Below, piece after piece: positions 37,971-49,584 of a DNA stretch of 64,000 nt. Position 1 is the stretch's first letter. Each line of letters opens with the position of its first letter. Location: IMG/VR virus record IMGVR_UViG_2667528152_000001. One strand, 5' to 3'. The position numbers were made by a program, and so were the translations under genes. The notes under the pieces are model-generated. The model was not told the origin of the DNA and ran no database searches. It saw only the letters and a program-made list of their open reading frames with translations. The DNA is from an uncultured virus (IMG/VR IMGVR_UViG_2667528152_000001) (lineage: Duplodnaviria; Heunggongvirae; Uroviricota; Caudoviricetes).

Positions 37971-40148
37971 GTGAAACCATCAATAGTAAACAGAATAAAA
38001 TCAAACTGGACGCTGAAACGTCTAGGTAAAGTGGCAATGACAGTGGCTTTCACACTTGTGATTGCCATTTTTCTTTTAGCCATGCTGGGAACGGTGGTTC
38101 AAGCTGCGGGCTTGGTAGATGATACGGTCAATGTGGCAAATGAATACAGCCGATACCCACTTGAAAACTATCAACTGGATTTTTATGTGGATAATAGCTG
38201 GGGCTGGCTTCCGTGGAACTGGTCGGACGGGATTGGAAAACAGGTCATGTATGGACTATATGCCATTACCAATTTTATTTGGACAATCAGTTTGTATGTT
38301 TCCAATGCGACAGGTTACTTAGTACAGGAAGCCTATTCCTTAGACTTCATTTCCGCTACAGCAGATTCCATTGGTAAGAATATGCAGACCTTAGCTGGTG
38401 TGAGTGCAAACGGATTTTCAACAGAGGGTTTCTATGTTGGATTCCTCTTACTCTTGATTTTGGTTCTTGGGGTTTATGTTGCCTATACGGGACTGATAAA
38501 GAGAGAAACCACAAAGGCAATTCATGCCATTATGAATTTTGTGCTGGTGTTTATCCTATCGGCTTCCTTTATTGCCTACGCTCCCGACTACATTAAAAAA
38601 ATCAATGACTTTTCATCAGACATCAGTAATGCCAGTTTATCACTTGGCACGAAGATTGTCATGCCCCATTCCGATAGTCAAGGCAAGGACAGCGTGGACT
38701 TAATCAGAGATAGCCTGTTTTCCATACAGGTTCAGCAACCGTGGCTACTGCTTCAATACAACAGTTCAGACATTGAAAGTATCGGTATTGACCGTGTGGA
38801 AAGCCTGCTCTCCACCAGCCCAGATTCCAACAATGGCGAAGACAGAGAAAAAATTGTTGCGGAAGAAATTGAAGACAGAAGCAATACCAATCTAACCATT
38901 ACAAAGACCATTAACCGTTTAGGTACAGTCTTCTTCCTATTTGTCTTCAATATTGGGATTTCCATATTTGTATTCCTATTAACAGGAATCATGATTTTCT
39001 CGCAGGTACTTTTTATCATCTATGCTATGTTTCTGCCTGTGAGCTTTATTTTAAGCATGATTCCATCATTTGATGGTATGTCAAAACGAGCCATAACAAA
39101 GCTCTTTAATACCATTTTGACACGAGCTGGAATCACATTGATTATTACGACAGCATTTAGTATTTCAACCATGCTCTATACCTTATCGGCTGGTTATCCG
39201 TTCTTTTTGATTGCTTTTCTACAGATTGTGACCTTTGCAGGAATCTACTTCAAGCTGGGCGATTTAATGAGTATGTTTTCTCTACAGAGTAACGATTCTC
39301 AAAGTGTGGGAAGTCGTGTGATGAGAAAACCTCGTATGCTTATGCACGCTCACATGCACCGTCTACAGCGGAAACTTGGACGTTCCATGACTACTCTAGG
39401 GGCTGGGTCTGCCATTGTTACAGGTAAAAAAGGACAGTCGGGTTCGGGGAGTTCTGCAAGGACACAAGCAGATCACTCCCGACCAGACGGAAAGGAAAAA
39501 TCAACACTTGGAAAACGTATCGGTCAAACCATCGGTACAGTAGCTGATACCAAAGACAGAATGGTAGACACTGCTAGTGGTTTGAAAGAACAGGTTAAAG
39601 ATTTGCCGACCAATGCAAGATATGCAGTATATCAAGGAAAATCCAAAGTAAAAGAGAATGTCCGTGATTTAACCAGTAGTATTTCTCAAACCAAAGCGGA
39701 CAGAGCCAGTGGACGCAAGGAACAGCAGGAACAAAGGCGAAAAACCATTGCGAAGCGTCGCTCTGAAATGGAACAGGTCAAACAGAAAAAACAGCCTGCT
39801 TCTTCTGTTCATGAAAGACCGACTACAAGACAAGAACAATATCATGATGAACAGACCTCAAAACAGTCTAATATTCAGACTTCATATAAGGAATCTCAAC
39901 AAGCCAAACAAGAGCGTCCAGCAGTTAAGTCCGATTTTTCAAGTCCAAAAGTGGAACGCCAAGGCAATACCGTTCAAGAAAAAACCGTTCAAAAGCCAGC
40001 AACTTCAACCACTACAGCAGATAGAACTTCACAACGTCCAATCACAAAAGAACGTCCGTCTACTGTTCAAAGAGTACCACTACAAAATACAAGAAGTAGA
40101 CCACCAATCAAAACCGCCACCATTAAGAAAGTCGGTAAGAAACCATGA
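37971..40148 (+). CDS. orf15: Tn916 Orf15 VirB6-like membrane protein
   Basis: Multiple TM segments plus a polar tail. Confidence 0.93.
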   Translation: MKPSIVNRIKSNWTLKRLGKVAMTVAFTLVIAIFLLAMLGTVVQAAGLVDDTVNVANEYSRYPLENYQLDFYVDNSWGWLPWNWSDGIGKQVMYGLYAITNFIWTISLYVSNATGYLVQEAYSLDFISATADSIGKNMQTLAGVSANGFSTEGFYVGFLLLLILVLGVYVAYTGLIKRETTKAIHAIMNFVLVFILSASFIAYAPDYIKKINDFSSDISNASLSLGTKIVMPHSDSQGKDSVDLIRDSLFSIQVQQPWLLLQYNSSDIESIGIDRVESLLSTSPDSNNGEDREKIVAEEIEDRSNTNLTITKTINRLGTVFFLFVFNIGISIFVFLLTGIMIFSQVLFIIYAMFLPVSFILSMIPSFDGMSKRAITKLFNTILTRAGITLIITTAFSISTMLYTLSAGYPFFLIAFLQIVTFAGIYFKLGDLMSMFSLQSNDSQSVGSRVMRKPRMLMHAHMHRLQRKLGRSMTTLGAGSAIVTGKKGQSGSGSSARTQADHSRPDGKEKSTLGKRIGQTIGTVADTKDRMVDTASGLKEQVKDLPTNARYAVYQGKSKVKENVRDLTSSISQTKADRASGRKEQQEQRRKTIAKRRSEMEQVKQKKQPASSVHERPTTRQEQYHDEQTSKQSNIQTSYKESQQAKQERPAVKSDFSSPKVERQGNTVQEKTVQKPATSTTTADRTSQRPITKERPSTVQRVPLQNTRSRPPIKTATIKKVGKKP

Positions 40149-41146
40149 AGTTGAAAACTTTAGTGATTGGTGGTTCTGGATTATTCTTGATGGTCTTCTC
40201 ACTGCTTCTGTTTGTTGCCATTTTATTTTCAGATGAACAGGACAGCGGAATTTCCAATATTCATTATGGAGGTGTGAATGTTTCCGCAGAAGTGCTGGCT
40301 CATAAGCCTATGGTAGAAAAATATGCCAAAGAATATGGCGTTGAAGAATATGTCAACATACTTCTTGCGATTATACAGGTGGAATCGGGCGGTACTGCGG
40401 AAGATGTTATGCAGTCCTCGGAATCCCTCGGTCTTCCACCTAATTCATTGAGTACAGAAGAATCCATTAAGCAAGGTGTGAAGTATTTCAGTGAATTATT
40501 AGCCAGTAGCGAAAGGCTCAGTGTAGATTTAGAATCGGTTATCCAGTCCTACAATTATGGTGGTGGTTTCTTAGGGTATGTGGCTAATCGTGGAAATAAA
40601 TATACCTTTGAACTGGCTCAAAGTTTCTCAAAAGAGTATTCAGGTGGCGAAAAAGTGTCTTACCCCAATCCCATAGCCATACCTATCAATGGGGGCTGGC
40701 GATACAACTATGGCAATATGTTTTATGTGCAACTGGTAACGCAGTATCTTGTCACAACAGAGTTTGATGATGATACGGTACAAGCCATCATGGACGAAGC
40801 ACTGAAATATGAGGGCTGGCGATACGTTTACGGTGGAGCTTCCCCGACTACTTCTTTTGATTGTAGCGGACTGACACAATGGACGTATGGAAAAGCTGGA
40901 ATTAACTTACCACGAACCGCACAACAGCAATATGATGTGACCCAGCATATCCCACTATCGGAAGCACAAGCTGGCGATTTGGTTTTCTTTCATTCTACCT
41001 ATAACGCTGGCTCTTATATTACTCATGTTGGGATATACCTTGGCAATAACCGTATGTTTCATGCAGGCGACCCAATCGGTTATGCCGACTTAACAAGCCC
41101 CTACTGGCAACAGCATTTAGTGGGAGCAGGACGAATCAAACAATGA
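40145..41146 (+). CDS. orf14: Tn916 Orf14 lysozyme/NlpC-P60 hydrolase
   Basis: QVESGG, DVMQSSES and FDCSGL. Confidence 0.95.
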   Translation: MKLKTLVIGGSGLFLMVFSLLLFVAILFSDEQDSGISNIHYGGVNVSAEVLAHKPMVEKYAKEYGVEEYVNILLAIIQVESGGTAEDVMQSSESLGLPPNSLSTEESIKQGVKYFSELLASSERLSVDLESVIQSYNYGGGFLGYVANRGNKYTFELAQSFSKEYSGGEKVSYPNPIAIPINGGWRYNYGNMFYVQLVTQYLVTTEFDDDTVQAIMDEALKYEGWRYVYGGASPTTSFDCSGLTQWTYGKAGINLPRTAQQQYDVTQHIPLSEAQAGDLVFFHSTYNAGSYITHVGIYLGNNRMFHAGDPIGYADLTSPYWQQHLVGAGRIKQ

Positions 41147-42075
41147 GAAAGGAAGATTTAATGATGAAATTTAGAAAAAATCAGAATAAAGAAAAACAGA
41201 TACCAAAGGAAAAGAAACCTCGTGTCTATAAGGTCAATCCTCATAAAAAGGTTGTGATTGCCTTGTGGGTACTTTTAGGGCTTAGTTTCAGCTTTGCGAT
41301 ATTCAAGCACTTTACAGCTATAGATACTCATACTATTCACGAAACAACTATCATAGAAAAGGAATACGTTGATACTCATCATGTAGAAAATTTTGTAGAG
41401 AACTTTGCGAAAGTCTACTATTCATGGGAGCAATCCGATAAGTCCATTGATAATCGAATGGAAAGTCTAAAAGGCTATCTGACAGATGAACTTCAAGCTC
41501 TCAATGTTGATACAGTACGCAAAGATATTCCTGTATCGTCTTCTGTAAGAGGATTTCAGATATGGACGGTAGAGCCAACTGGCGACAATGAGTTTAATGT
41601 AACCTACAGTGTAGACCAGCTCATTACAGAGGGAGAAAATACAAAGACCGTCCACTCTGCTTATATAGTGAGTGTCTATGTAGATGGTTCTGGAAATATG
41701 GTACTGGTTAAGAATCCGACCATTACCAACATACCTAAGAAATCAAGTTATAAACCAAAAGCCATTGAAAGTGAGGGGACGGTTGATTCCATTACAACCA
41801 ATGAAATCAATGAGTTTTTAACGACGTTCTTCAAGCTCTATCCTACAGCGACAGCCAGTGAACTTTCCTACTATGTGAATGACGGGATATTAAAACCAAT
41901 CGGAAAAGAGTACATCTTTCAAGAACTGGTAAATCCTATTCACAATCGTAAGGATAATCAAGTCACGGTATCGCTGACAGTGGAGTATATCGACCAGCAG
42001 ACCAAAGCAACGCAGGTATCTCAATTTGATTTGGTACTTGAAAAGAACGGGAGTAATTGGAAGATTGTAAAATAA
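41143..42075 (+). CDS. orf13: Tn916 Orf13 (TcpC-like)
   Basis: Single TM segment; position before tet(M). Confidence 0.93.
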   Translation: MRKEDLMMKFRKNQNKEKQIPKEKKPRVYKVNPHKKVVIALWVLLGLSFSFAIFKHFTAIDTHTIHETTIIEKEYVDTHHVENFVENFAKVYYSWEQSDKSIDNRMESLKGYLTDELQALNVDTVRKDIPVSSSVRGFQIWTVEPTGDNEFNVTYSVDQLITEGENTKTVHSAYIVSVYVDGSGNMVLVKNPTITNIPKKSSYKPKAIESEGTVDSITTNEINEFLTTFFKLYPTATASELSYYVNDGILKPIGKEYIFQELVNPIHNRKDNQVTVSLTVEYIDQQTKATQVSQFDLVLEKNGSNWKIVK

Positions 42076-42349
42076 CAAATATTGGTACATGATTACAGAT
42101 ACTTTGTAATCATGTACTCTTTTTGATAAAAAATTGGAGATTCCTTTACAAATATGCTCTTACGTGCTATTATTTAAGTGACTATTTAAAAGGAGTTAAT
42201 AAATATGCGGCAAGGTATTCTTAAATAAACTGTCAATTTGATAGCGGGAACAAATAATTAGATGTCCTTTTTTAGGAGGGCTTAGTTTTTTGTACCCAGT
42301 TTAAGAATACCTTTATCATGTGATTCTAAAGTATCCAGAGAATATCTGT

Positions 42350-42436
42350 ATGCTTTGTATACCTATGGTTATGCATAAAAATCCCAGTGATAAAAGTATT
42401 TATCACTGGGATTTTTATGCCCTTTTGGGTTTTTGA
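42350..42436 (+). CDS. orf12: tet(M) leader peptide Orf12 with attenuator
   Basis: MLCIPMVMHKNPSDKSIYHWDFYALLGF; long hairpin gcataaaaatcccagtgataaa/tttatcactgggatttttatgc. Confidence 0.9.
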   Translation: MLCIPMVMHKNPSDKSIYHWDFYALLGF

Positions 42437-42451
42437 ATGGAGGAAAATCAC

Positions 42452-44371
42452 ATGAAAATTATTAATATTGGAGTTTTAGCTCATGTTGATGCAGGAAAAA
42501 CTACCTTAACAGAAAGCTTATTATATAACAGTGGAGCGATTACAGAATTAGGAAGCGTGGACAAAGGTACAACGAGGACGGATAATACGCTTTTAGAACG
42601 TCAGAGAGGAATTACAATTCAGACAGGAATAACCTCTTTTCAGTGGGAAAATACGAAGGTGAACATCATAGACACGCCAGGACATATGGATTTCTTAGCA
42701 GAAGTATATCGTTCATTATCAGTTTTAGATGGGGCAATTCTACTGATTTCTGCAAAAGATGGCGTACAAGCACAAACTCGTATATTATTTCATGCACTTA
42801 GGAAAATGGGGATTCCCACAATCTTTTTTATCAATAAGATTGACCAAAATGGAATTGATTTATCAACGGTTTATCAGGATATTAAAGAGAAACTTTCTGC
42901 CGAAATTGTAATCAAACAGAAGGTAGAACTGTATCCTAATATGTGTGTGACGAACTTTACCGAATCTGAACAATGGGATACGGTAATAGAGGGAAACGAT
43001 GACCTTTTAGAGAAATATATGTCCGGTAAATCATTAGAAGCATTGGAACTCGAACAAGAGGAAAGCATAAGATTTCATAATTGTTCCCTGTTCCCTGTTT
43101 ATCACGGAAGTGCAAAAAACAATATAGGGATTGATAACCTTATAGAAGTGATTACGAATAAATTTTATTCATCAACACATCGAGGTCCGTCTGAACTTTG
43201 CGGAAATGTTTTCAAAATTGAATATACAAAAAAAAGACAACGTCTTGCATATATACGCCTTTATAGTGGAGTACTACATTTACGAGATTCGGTTAGAGTA
43301 TCAGAAAAAGAAAAAATAAAAGTTACAGAAATGTATACTTCAATAAATGGTGAATTATGTAAGATTGATAGAGCTTATTCTGGAGAAATTGTTATTTTGC
43401 AAAATGAGTTTTTGAAGTTAAATAGTGTTCTTGGAGATACAAAACTATTGCCACAGAGAAAAAAGATTGAAAATCCGCACCCTCTACTACAAACAACTGT
43501 TGAACCGAGTAAACCTGAACAGAGAGAAATGTTGCTTGATGCCCTTTTGGAAATCTCAGATAGTGATCCGCTTCTACGATATTACGTGGATTCTACGACA
43601 CATGAAATTATACTTTCTTTCTTAGGGAAAGTACAAATGGAAGTGATTAGTGCACTGTTGCAAGAAAAGTATCATGTGGAGATAGAACTAAAAGAGCCTA
43701 CAGTCATTTATATGGAGAGACCGTTAAAAAATGCAGAATATACCATTCACATCGAAGTGCCGCCAAATCCTTTCTGGGCTTCCATTGGTTTATCTGTATC
43801 ACCGCTTCCGTTGGGAAGTGGAATGCAGTATGAGAGCTCGGTTTCTCTTGGATACTTAAATCAATCATTTCAAAATGCAGTTATGGAAGGGATACGCTAT
43901 GGTTGCGAACAAGGATTATATGGTTGGAATGTGACGGATTGTAAAATCTGTTTTAAGTATGGCTTATACTATAGCCCTGTTAGTACCCCAGCAGATTTTC
44001 GGATGCTTGCTCCTATTGTATTGGAACAAGTCTTAAAAAAAGCTGGAACAGAATTGTTAGAGCCATATCTTAGTTTTAAAATTTATGCGCCACAGGAATA
44101 TCTTTCACGAGCATACAACGATGCTCCTAAATATTGTGCGAACATCGTAGACACTCAATTGAAAAATAATGAGGTCATTCTTAGTGGAGAAATCCCTGCT
44201 CGGTGTATTCAAGAATATCGTAGTGATTTAACTTTCTTTACAAATGGACGTAGTGTTTGTTTAACAGAGTTAAAAGGGTACCATGTTACTACCGGTGAAC
44301 CTGTTTGCCAGCCCCGTCGTCCAAATAGTCGGATAGATAAAGTACGATATATGTTCAATAAAATAACTTAG
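42452..44371 (+). CDS. tet(M): Tetracycline ribosomal protection protein, 639 aa
   Basis: [26 protein letters not shown] and [12 protein letters not shown]. Confidence 0.99.
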   Translation: MKIINIGVLAHVDAGKTTLTESLLYNSGAITELGSVDKGTTRTDNTLLERQRGITIQTGITSFQWENTKVNIIDTPGHMDFLAEVYRSLSVLDGAILLISAKDGVQAQTRILFHALRKMGIPTIFFINKIDQNGIDLSTVYQDIKEKLSAEIVIKQKVELYPNMCVTNFTESEQWDTVIEGNDDLLEKYMSGKSLEALELEQEESIRFHNCSLFPVYHGSAKNNIGIDNLIEVITNKFYSSTHRGPSELCGNVFKIEYTKKRQRLAYIRLYSGVLHLRDSVRVSEKEKIKVTEMYTSINGELCKIDRAYSGEIVILQNEFLKLNSVLGDTKLLPQRKKIENPHPLLQTTVEPSKPEQREMLLDALLEISDSDPLLRYYVDSTTHEIILSFLGKVQMEVISALLQEKYHVEIELKEPTVIYMERPLKNAEYTIHIEVPPNPFWASIGLSVSPLPLGSGMQYESSVSLGYLNQSFQNAVMEGIRYGCEQGLYGWNVTDCKICFKYGLYYSPVSTPADFRMLAPIVLEQVLKKAGTELLEPYLSFKIYAPQEYLSRAYNDAPKYCANIVDTQLKNNEVILSGEIPARCIQEYRSDLTFFTNGRSVCLTELKGYHVTTGEPVCQPRRPNSRIDKVRYMFNKIT

Positions 44372-44468
44372 TGTATTTTATGTTGTTATATAAATATGGT
44401 TTCTTGTTAAATAAGATGAAATATTTTTTAATAAAGATTTGAATTAAAGTGTAAAGGAGGAGATAGTT

Positions 44469-44657
44469 ATTATAAACTACAAGTGGATATTGTGTCCTGT
44501 ATGTGGAAATAAAACACGATTAAAGATAAGGGAAGATACTGAATTAAAAAAATTCCCCCTCTATTGTCCGAAATGCAGACAAGAAAATTTAATTGAAATA
44601 AAGCAGTTCAAAGTAACTGTGATTACAGAGCCAGACGCAAAGACGCAGAGCCGATAA
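44469..44657 (+). CDS. orf6: Tn916 Orf6 cysteine-rich KTR protein
   Basis: CPVCGNKTR...YCPKC; ATT start after SD. Confidence 0.75.
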   Translation: MINYKWILCPVCGNKTRLKIREDTELKKFPLYCPKCRQENLIEIKQFKVTVITEPDAKTQSR

Positions 44658-44716
44658 AATGAGATTAATACAATCTCATTTTATCGGCTCTTTCCGTTAT
44701 GTATGGATTCTTTTAA

Positions 44717-45070
44717 TTAGTCTTCGATGTTTCTTGCTTCGTTGATACCGCTGGCTAAAGATTCCATTAAGGATAGTTCTTTGTCTGTAAAGCTATCCAT
44801 GTATTTCTCTATCTGTAATCGTCGGGTGCTTTTTACCAAGTTATTAGCAGGTAAGAAAAATTCATCAACGGAAACATGAAGTAACGATACAAGGTCATAA
44901 AGAACTTGTATGCTGGGGTGTTGCCCTTTATTTTCAATATTAGTTAAGTACCGTGGGTCAATTTCAATCAATGCTCCCACTTGTTCACGAGTTAAACCTC
45001 GTTTCAATCGAGCTTCTTTAATGGCTAAACCAAAGGCTCTAAAATCATATTTATCTTCTTTTTTACGCAT
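44717..45070 (-). CDS. orf9: Tn916 Orf9 HTH repressor
   Basis: XRE HTH. Confidence 0.93.
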   Translation of the reverse strand: MRKKEDKYDFRAFGLAIKEARLKRGLTREQVGALIEIDPRYLTNIENKGQHPSIQVLYDLVSLLHVSVDEFFLPANNLVKSTRRLQIEKYMDSFTDKELSLMESLASGINEARNIED

Positions 45071-45574
45071 AGTAGACCACCTCTATACATTTTATTGTTC
45101 CTACTGAATTAAAAACAGGTATAGAAAAACGTGTTATATGGTTTATAGGTTTATATTTAATAAAAAGCACTACTAAACGCCAATAAAAAAAACCGTTATA
45201 TGGTAGTGCTATTTACGCTGTTAAAATATTGTATATTACTTCCAAATGGCGGTTTGTTGGAGGTCAACGTCGCCATGAAGTACATCATATACAATAAATT
45301 TCCTTACATTGGGTTCTTGTCAAAAAAAGTCGTCTATCTGCAATAGATAAGTACGTCCACCAATGTGGTTTTATAAATCATATAGATAGAATAACAGAAG
45401 CATGTAAACAGAGAAATAAATCTGTTTATATGCTTTTTTGGCTATTCAGAACTTTTTTACAAAGTTTATTTATCAGTAATGCAACAAATCCCCCTTTCAC
45501 ATTGGGACTAAGAGTGAAAGGAGATAAACGAGCAAGGCTCACTTCCTTTCCTAGACAGAAAGGGGGTGAGAAAC

Positions 45575-45997
45575 ATGAAACCATCTTCTTTTCAGACCAC
45601 AATAGAAAATCAGTTTGACTATATCTGTAAACGTGCTATGGAAGACGAGCGAAAGAATTATATGCTTTATCTTTCAAGGATTGCAAAGCGTGAGGTGTCC
45701 TTTTCGGATGTTGGCGATTATCTTGTTAGCCAGTTTGCGACAACAGATAACTATTCAACTGACTTTCAGATTTTTACACTCAATGGGTTATCAGTAGGCG
45801 TTGAAAATGATTTGTTGAGTGAAGCATTACGTGAGTTGCCAGACAAGAAACGTGAAATTCTACTGCTGTTTTACTTTATGGACATGAGCGATTCAGAAAT
45901 TGCAGACCTGTTGAAATTGAACCGTTCTACTGTCTATCGGCATAGAACCAGTGGACTAGCCTTAATTAAAAAGTTTATGGAGGAATTTGAAGAATGA
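45575..45997 (+). CDS. orf7: Tn916 Orf7 sigma-region-4-like regulator
   Basis: MSDSEIADLLKLNRSTVYRH. Confidence 0.93.
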   Translation: MKPSSFQTTIENQFDYICKRAMEDERKNYMLYLSRIAKREVSFSDVGDYLVSQFATTDNYSTDFQIFTLNGLSVGVENDLLSEALRELPDKKREILLLFYFMDMSDSEIADLLKLNRSTVYRHRTSGLALIKKFMEEFEE

Positions 45998-46224
45998 AAA
46001 CACAATATCCTATGATTCCCTTTCCTCTCATTGTAAAGGCAACAGATGGCGATACCGAAGCGATTAACCAGATTCTACATCATTACAGAGGGTACATAAC
46101 GAAGCGTTCCCTACGACTTATGAAAGATGAATATGGCAATCAAAGTATGGTCGTTGATGAAGTCTTACGTGGAAGAATGGAAACCAGACTGATTACAAAG
46201 ATTTTGTCATTTGAAATTAAGTAA
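45994..46224 (+). CDS. orf8: Tn916 Orf8
   Basis: IVKATDGDTEAINQILHHY. Confidence 0.92.
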   Translation: MKTQYPMIPFPLIVKATDGDTEAINQILHHYRGYITKRSLRLMKDEYGNQSMVVDEVLRGRMETRLITKILSFEIK

Positions 46225-46684
46225 TATCCTCTCTCCTTTCGTGGAAGCGTGCTAAACCATTCCACGCTTCCCGAACAGGGAGGTTTGTTATTCCACCAAA
46301 GCATATTGAGCTTTCAATGTGTTTTGATAGGCTAACGAGCCATTGTTCTTTGAAAACTGAATAAAAGTAATCGAATACGTTTCGATAAGAAAAGAGCCAA
46401 CGGAACTAACCGCCATGACCTATCTTATAAAGATAGCGAGCGATTCATGTTAGTGATCCGAGAAGCAATCTTTAGCAGGATTGCCTGCAACGACATTCTT
46501 ATCGTGATAATGATACTCCCATACAGTCAATAGTCCGAGCGTGATAAAACCGTCGCAGGCAATGAGTATGGCTACATGAGAACCATGCAGGGGTGGAACT
46601 CCCGTGAGCTTTGCTAAAGCTGTTCGATTGCTGGTAAAACAACTTTTATGAAATCCAAATAAGTGATTTGGAAAGGAGGATTTT

Positions 46685-46888
46685 ATGAAGCAGACTGACA
46701 TTCCTATTTGGGAACGTTATACCCTAACCATTGAAGAAGCGTCAAAATATTTTCGTATTGGCGAAAACAAGCTACGACGCTTGGCAGAGGAAAATAAAAA
46801 TGCAAATTGGCTGATTATGAATGGCAATCGTATTCAGATTAAACGAAAACAATTTGAAAAAATTATAGATACATTGGACGCAATCTAG
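46685..46888 (+). CDS. xis: Tn916 excisionase
   Basis: [31 protein letters not shown]. Confidence 0.97.
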
Positions 46889-46969
46889 CGTCGCCAAAGG
46901 GTCTTGTATATGATAAAATAGTATTAAGTCGTATCAAGGCTCTTTCCATAAAGGAAAGGAGCAAATGCC

Positions 46970-48187
46970 ATGTCAGAAAAAAGACGTGACAATAAAGGTC
47001 GAATCTTAAAGACTGGAGAGAGCCAACGAAAAGACGGAAGATACTTATACAAATATATAGATTCATTTGGAGAACCGCAATTTGTTTACTCGTGGAAACT
47101 TGTGGCTACAGACCGAGTACCAGCAGGAAAGCGTGATTGTATCTCACTTAGAGAGAAAATCGCAGAGTTACAGAAAGACATTCATGATGGTATTGATGTT
47201 GTAGGAAAGAAAATGACACTCTGCCAGCTTTACGCAAAACAGAACGCTCAAAGACCAAAGGTTAGAAAAAACACTGAAACTGGACGCAAATATCTTATGG
47301 ATATTTTGAAGAAAGACAAGTTAGGTGTAAGAAGTATTGACAGTATTAAGCCATCAGACGCTAAAGAATGGGCTATTAGAATGAGTGAAAATGGTTATGC
47401 TTATCAAACCATCAATAACTACAAACGTTCTTTAAAGGCTTCATTCTATATTGCTATACAAGATGATTGTGTTCGGAAGAATCCATTTGACTTTCAACTG
47501 AAAGCAGTTCTTGATGATGATACTGTCCCTAAGACCGTACTAACAGAAGAACAGGAAGAAAAACTGTTAGCCTTTGCAAAAGCTGATAAAACCTACAGCA
47601 AAAATTATGATGAAATTCTGATACTCTTAAAAACAGGTCTTCGTATTTCAGAGTTTGGTGGTTTGACACTTCCAGATTTAGATTTTGAGAATCGTCTTGT
47701 CAATATAGACCATCAGCTATTGAGAGATACTGAAATTGGGTACTACATTGAAACACCAAAGACCAAAAGTGGCGAACGTCAAGTTCCTATGGTTGAAGAA
47801 GCCTATCAAGCATTTAAGCGAGTGTTAGCGAATCGAAAGAATGATAAGCGTGTTGAGATTGATGGATATAGTGATTTCCTCTTTCTTAATAGAAAGAACT
47901 ATCCAAAAGTGGCAAGTGATTACAACGGCATGATGAAAGGTCTTGTTAAGAAATACAATAAGTATAACGAGGATAAATTGCCACACATCACTCCACATAG
48001 TTTGCGACATACATTCTGTACCAACTATGCAAATGCAGGAATGAATCCAAAGGCATTACAGTACATTATGGGACATGCTAATATAGCCATGACGCTGAAC
48101 TATTACGCACATGCAACATTCGATTCTGCAATGGCAGAAATGAAACGCTTGAATAAAGAGAAGCAACAGGAGCGTCTTGTTGCTTAG
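46970..48187 (+). CDS. int: Tn916 integrase
   Basis: MSEKRRDNKGRILKTGESQRKDGRY, TGLRISE, HSLRHT and GHANIAMTLNYY. Confidence 0.98.
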   Translation: MSEKRRDNKGRILKTGESQRKDGRYLYKYIDSFGEPQFVYSWKLVATDRVPAGKRDCISLREKIAELQKDIHDGIDVVGKKMTLCQLYAKQNAQRPKVRKNTETGRKYLMDILKKDKLGVRSIDSIKPSDAKEWAIRMSENGYAYQTINNYKRSLKASFYIAIQDDCVRKNPFDFQLKAVLDDDTVPKTVLTEEQEEKLLAFAKADKTYSKNYDEILILLKTGLRISEFGGLTLPDLDFENRLVNIDHQLLRDTEIGYYIETPKTKSGERQVPMVEEAYQAFKRVLANRKNDKRVEIDGYSDFLFLNRKNYPKVASDYNGMMKGLVKKYNKYNEDKLPHITPHSLRHTFCTNYANAGMNPKALQYIMGHANIAMTLNYYAHATFDSAMAEMKRLNKEKQQERLVA

Positions 48188-48404
48188 TAGTACAAATGAA
48201 TTTACTACTTATTTACCACTTCTGACAGCTAAGACATGAGGAAATATGCAAAGAAACGTGAAGTATCTTCCTACAGTAAAAATACTCGAAAGCACATAGA
48301 ATAAGGCTTTACGAGCATTTAAGAAAATATAAAAAGATAATTAGAAATTTATACTTTGTTTGGATATAAAAATTGTTTTTTTTTCATTCCGTCACCTCAA
48401 GATA

Positions 48405-48704
48405 TTACATAAACAAAGTCACTATCCAAAGCAATAACAATACGACTAGCGGAGAAATAAACGCTCTTGCAATCACTGTAGCAAAATCTTCATCTGTATT
48501 TTTTTTAGAAGCAAAAGGACTAATTAACACATTGATTACTACAGCTTGCGGTAAATTGATAGATGGTACGCCATCAATTGTTGATAAAATGTTATTCCAA
48601 CCGTATTTAATAACAAATCCAGATAATACTAAGCCGAACGGCAATAGAACTAAAAGTATAATAAAGTTCTTTTTAGCATCATTTTTATTTTTATCATAAT
48701 TCAT
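48405..48704 (-). CDS. Phage membrane protein
   Basis: Several hydrophobic segments. Confidence 0.65.
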   Translation of the reverse strand: MNYDKNKNDAKKNFIILLVLLPFGLVLSGFVIKYGWNNILSTIDGVPSINLPQAVVINVLISPFASKKNTDEDFATVIARAFISPLVVLLLLWIVTLFM

Positions 48705-48724
48705 AATTTTTATTTAACTCTCTT

Positions 48725-49225
48725 TCATTCATTTTCTACATCTTTTCTAAACTGCCAAGCCCAGTCAAAGTCTTTGCGGATTTCGGATTCGGTGACGTTT
48801 CTAATATTTTTGTATTCCTCTAATTGATCTTCATATGCTTCAATTAATTTTAGTTTCTTGTTTACCTTTACTAAAATTATTTTTAAATCACTATTCGGAT
48901 TTGGTATCTCAACTGTATAAAGCTTCTCTTTTTCAATTGTGATATTTGGATAAGCTAGCCAAGCTTCATAAAACTCACGTTCATTGTGAGTTAGCCACTC
49001 TCTAACTTCATCAGATTGTCGACTCATGTGTTGATGTAAATAATCTACATCATCATCAAAGCTTTTAATCACATCAAATATCATTTGTGGCACTTCTGGT
49101 TGAGGTTGATCGAGTTGGTCGAGTAATACTTTTACAATATGTGTTTTCACTACTGGAATGTCGCCGACACCACCTTTACCAATAGACTGTTTGTCTATCA
49201 ATTTCTTCGCTTCTTCAATATTCAT
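48725..49225 (-). CDS. DUF1642-like phage protein
   Basis: PEVPQ, EKEKLYTVEIPNPN and TESEIRKDFDWAWQF. Confidence 0.8.
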   Translation of the reverse strand: MNIEEAKKLIDKQSIGKGGVGDIPVVKTHIVKVLLDQLDQPQPEVPQMIFDVIKSFDDDVDYLHQHMSRQSDEVREWLTHNEREFYEAWLAYPNITIEKEKLYTVEIPNPNSDLKIILVKVNKKLKLIEAYEDQLEEYKNIRNVTESEIRKDFDWAWQFRKDVENE

Positions 49226-49365
49226 TTGCTACCTCGCTTAACTTCTTCAACAATTTCAATTGCTACACCTATTGCAGCCATATAACCAGCGTAGCTTTCT
49301 TGTCCGTAGTTATCCAGATCATTGTCAAATTCTTTATTAAGTCTTTTTAAAATTTCGTCAATCAT
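49222..49365 (-). CDS. Small phage protein, 47 aa
   Basis: MIDEILKRLNKEFDNDLDNYGQESYAGYMAAIGVAIEIV... Confidence 0.55.
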   Translation of the reverse strand: MIDEILKRLNKEFDNDLDNYGQESYAGYMAAIGVAIEIVEEVKRGSK

Positions 49366-49584
49366 ACCCTATCCCCCATTTCCAGTCAGCTCAGCAATCC
49401 GTTTTGTCTGTCTAGCTCTATCATCACTAGCACGTTTAAGCTGCTTTTGTGTCCTGCTTAACTGTGTCCGTAATTCTGTAATTTGCGACTTGTAGTGGTC
49501 TTGCAGTGCGACGTTTAAAATAGATATAGCCATCAATGCTATACATTTTTTTAGCTTTTTTGTTAAACACTCTAAATTTCGGTA

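Larger units (their letters stand above)
30330..48361 (+). mobile_element. Tn916 integrative conjugative element
   Basis: Ends AAAATAGCATAAAAATCTAG and ATTTATACTTTGTTT; orf24-orf13, tet(M), xis and int in canonical order; 18,032 bp by coordinates. Confidence 0.98.

Noticed and set aside
39709..40236. 175-aa alternative-frame ORF in orf15
   Set aside because: It overlaps an intact orf15 low-complexity tail; no frameshift is needed.
46450..46701. Tn916 orf5
   Set aside because: It matches the historically annotated position, but I see no coding evidence in the sequence itself.
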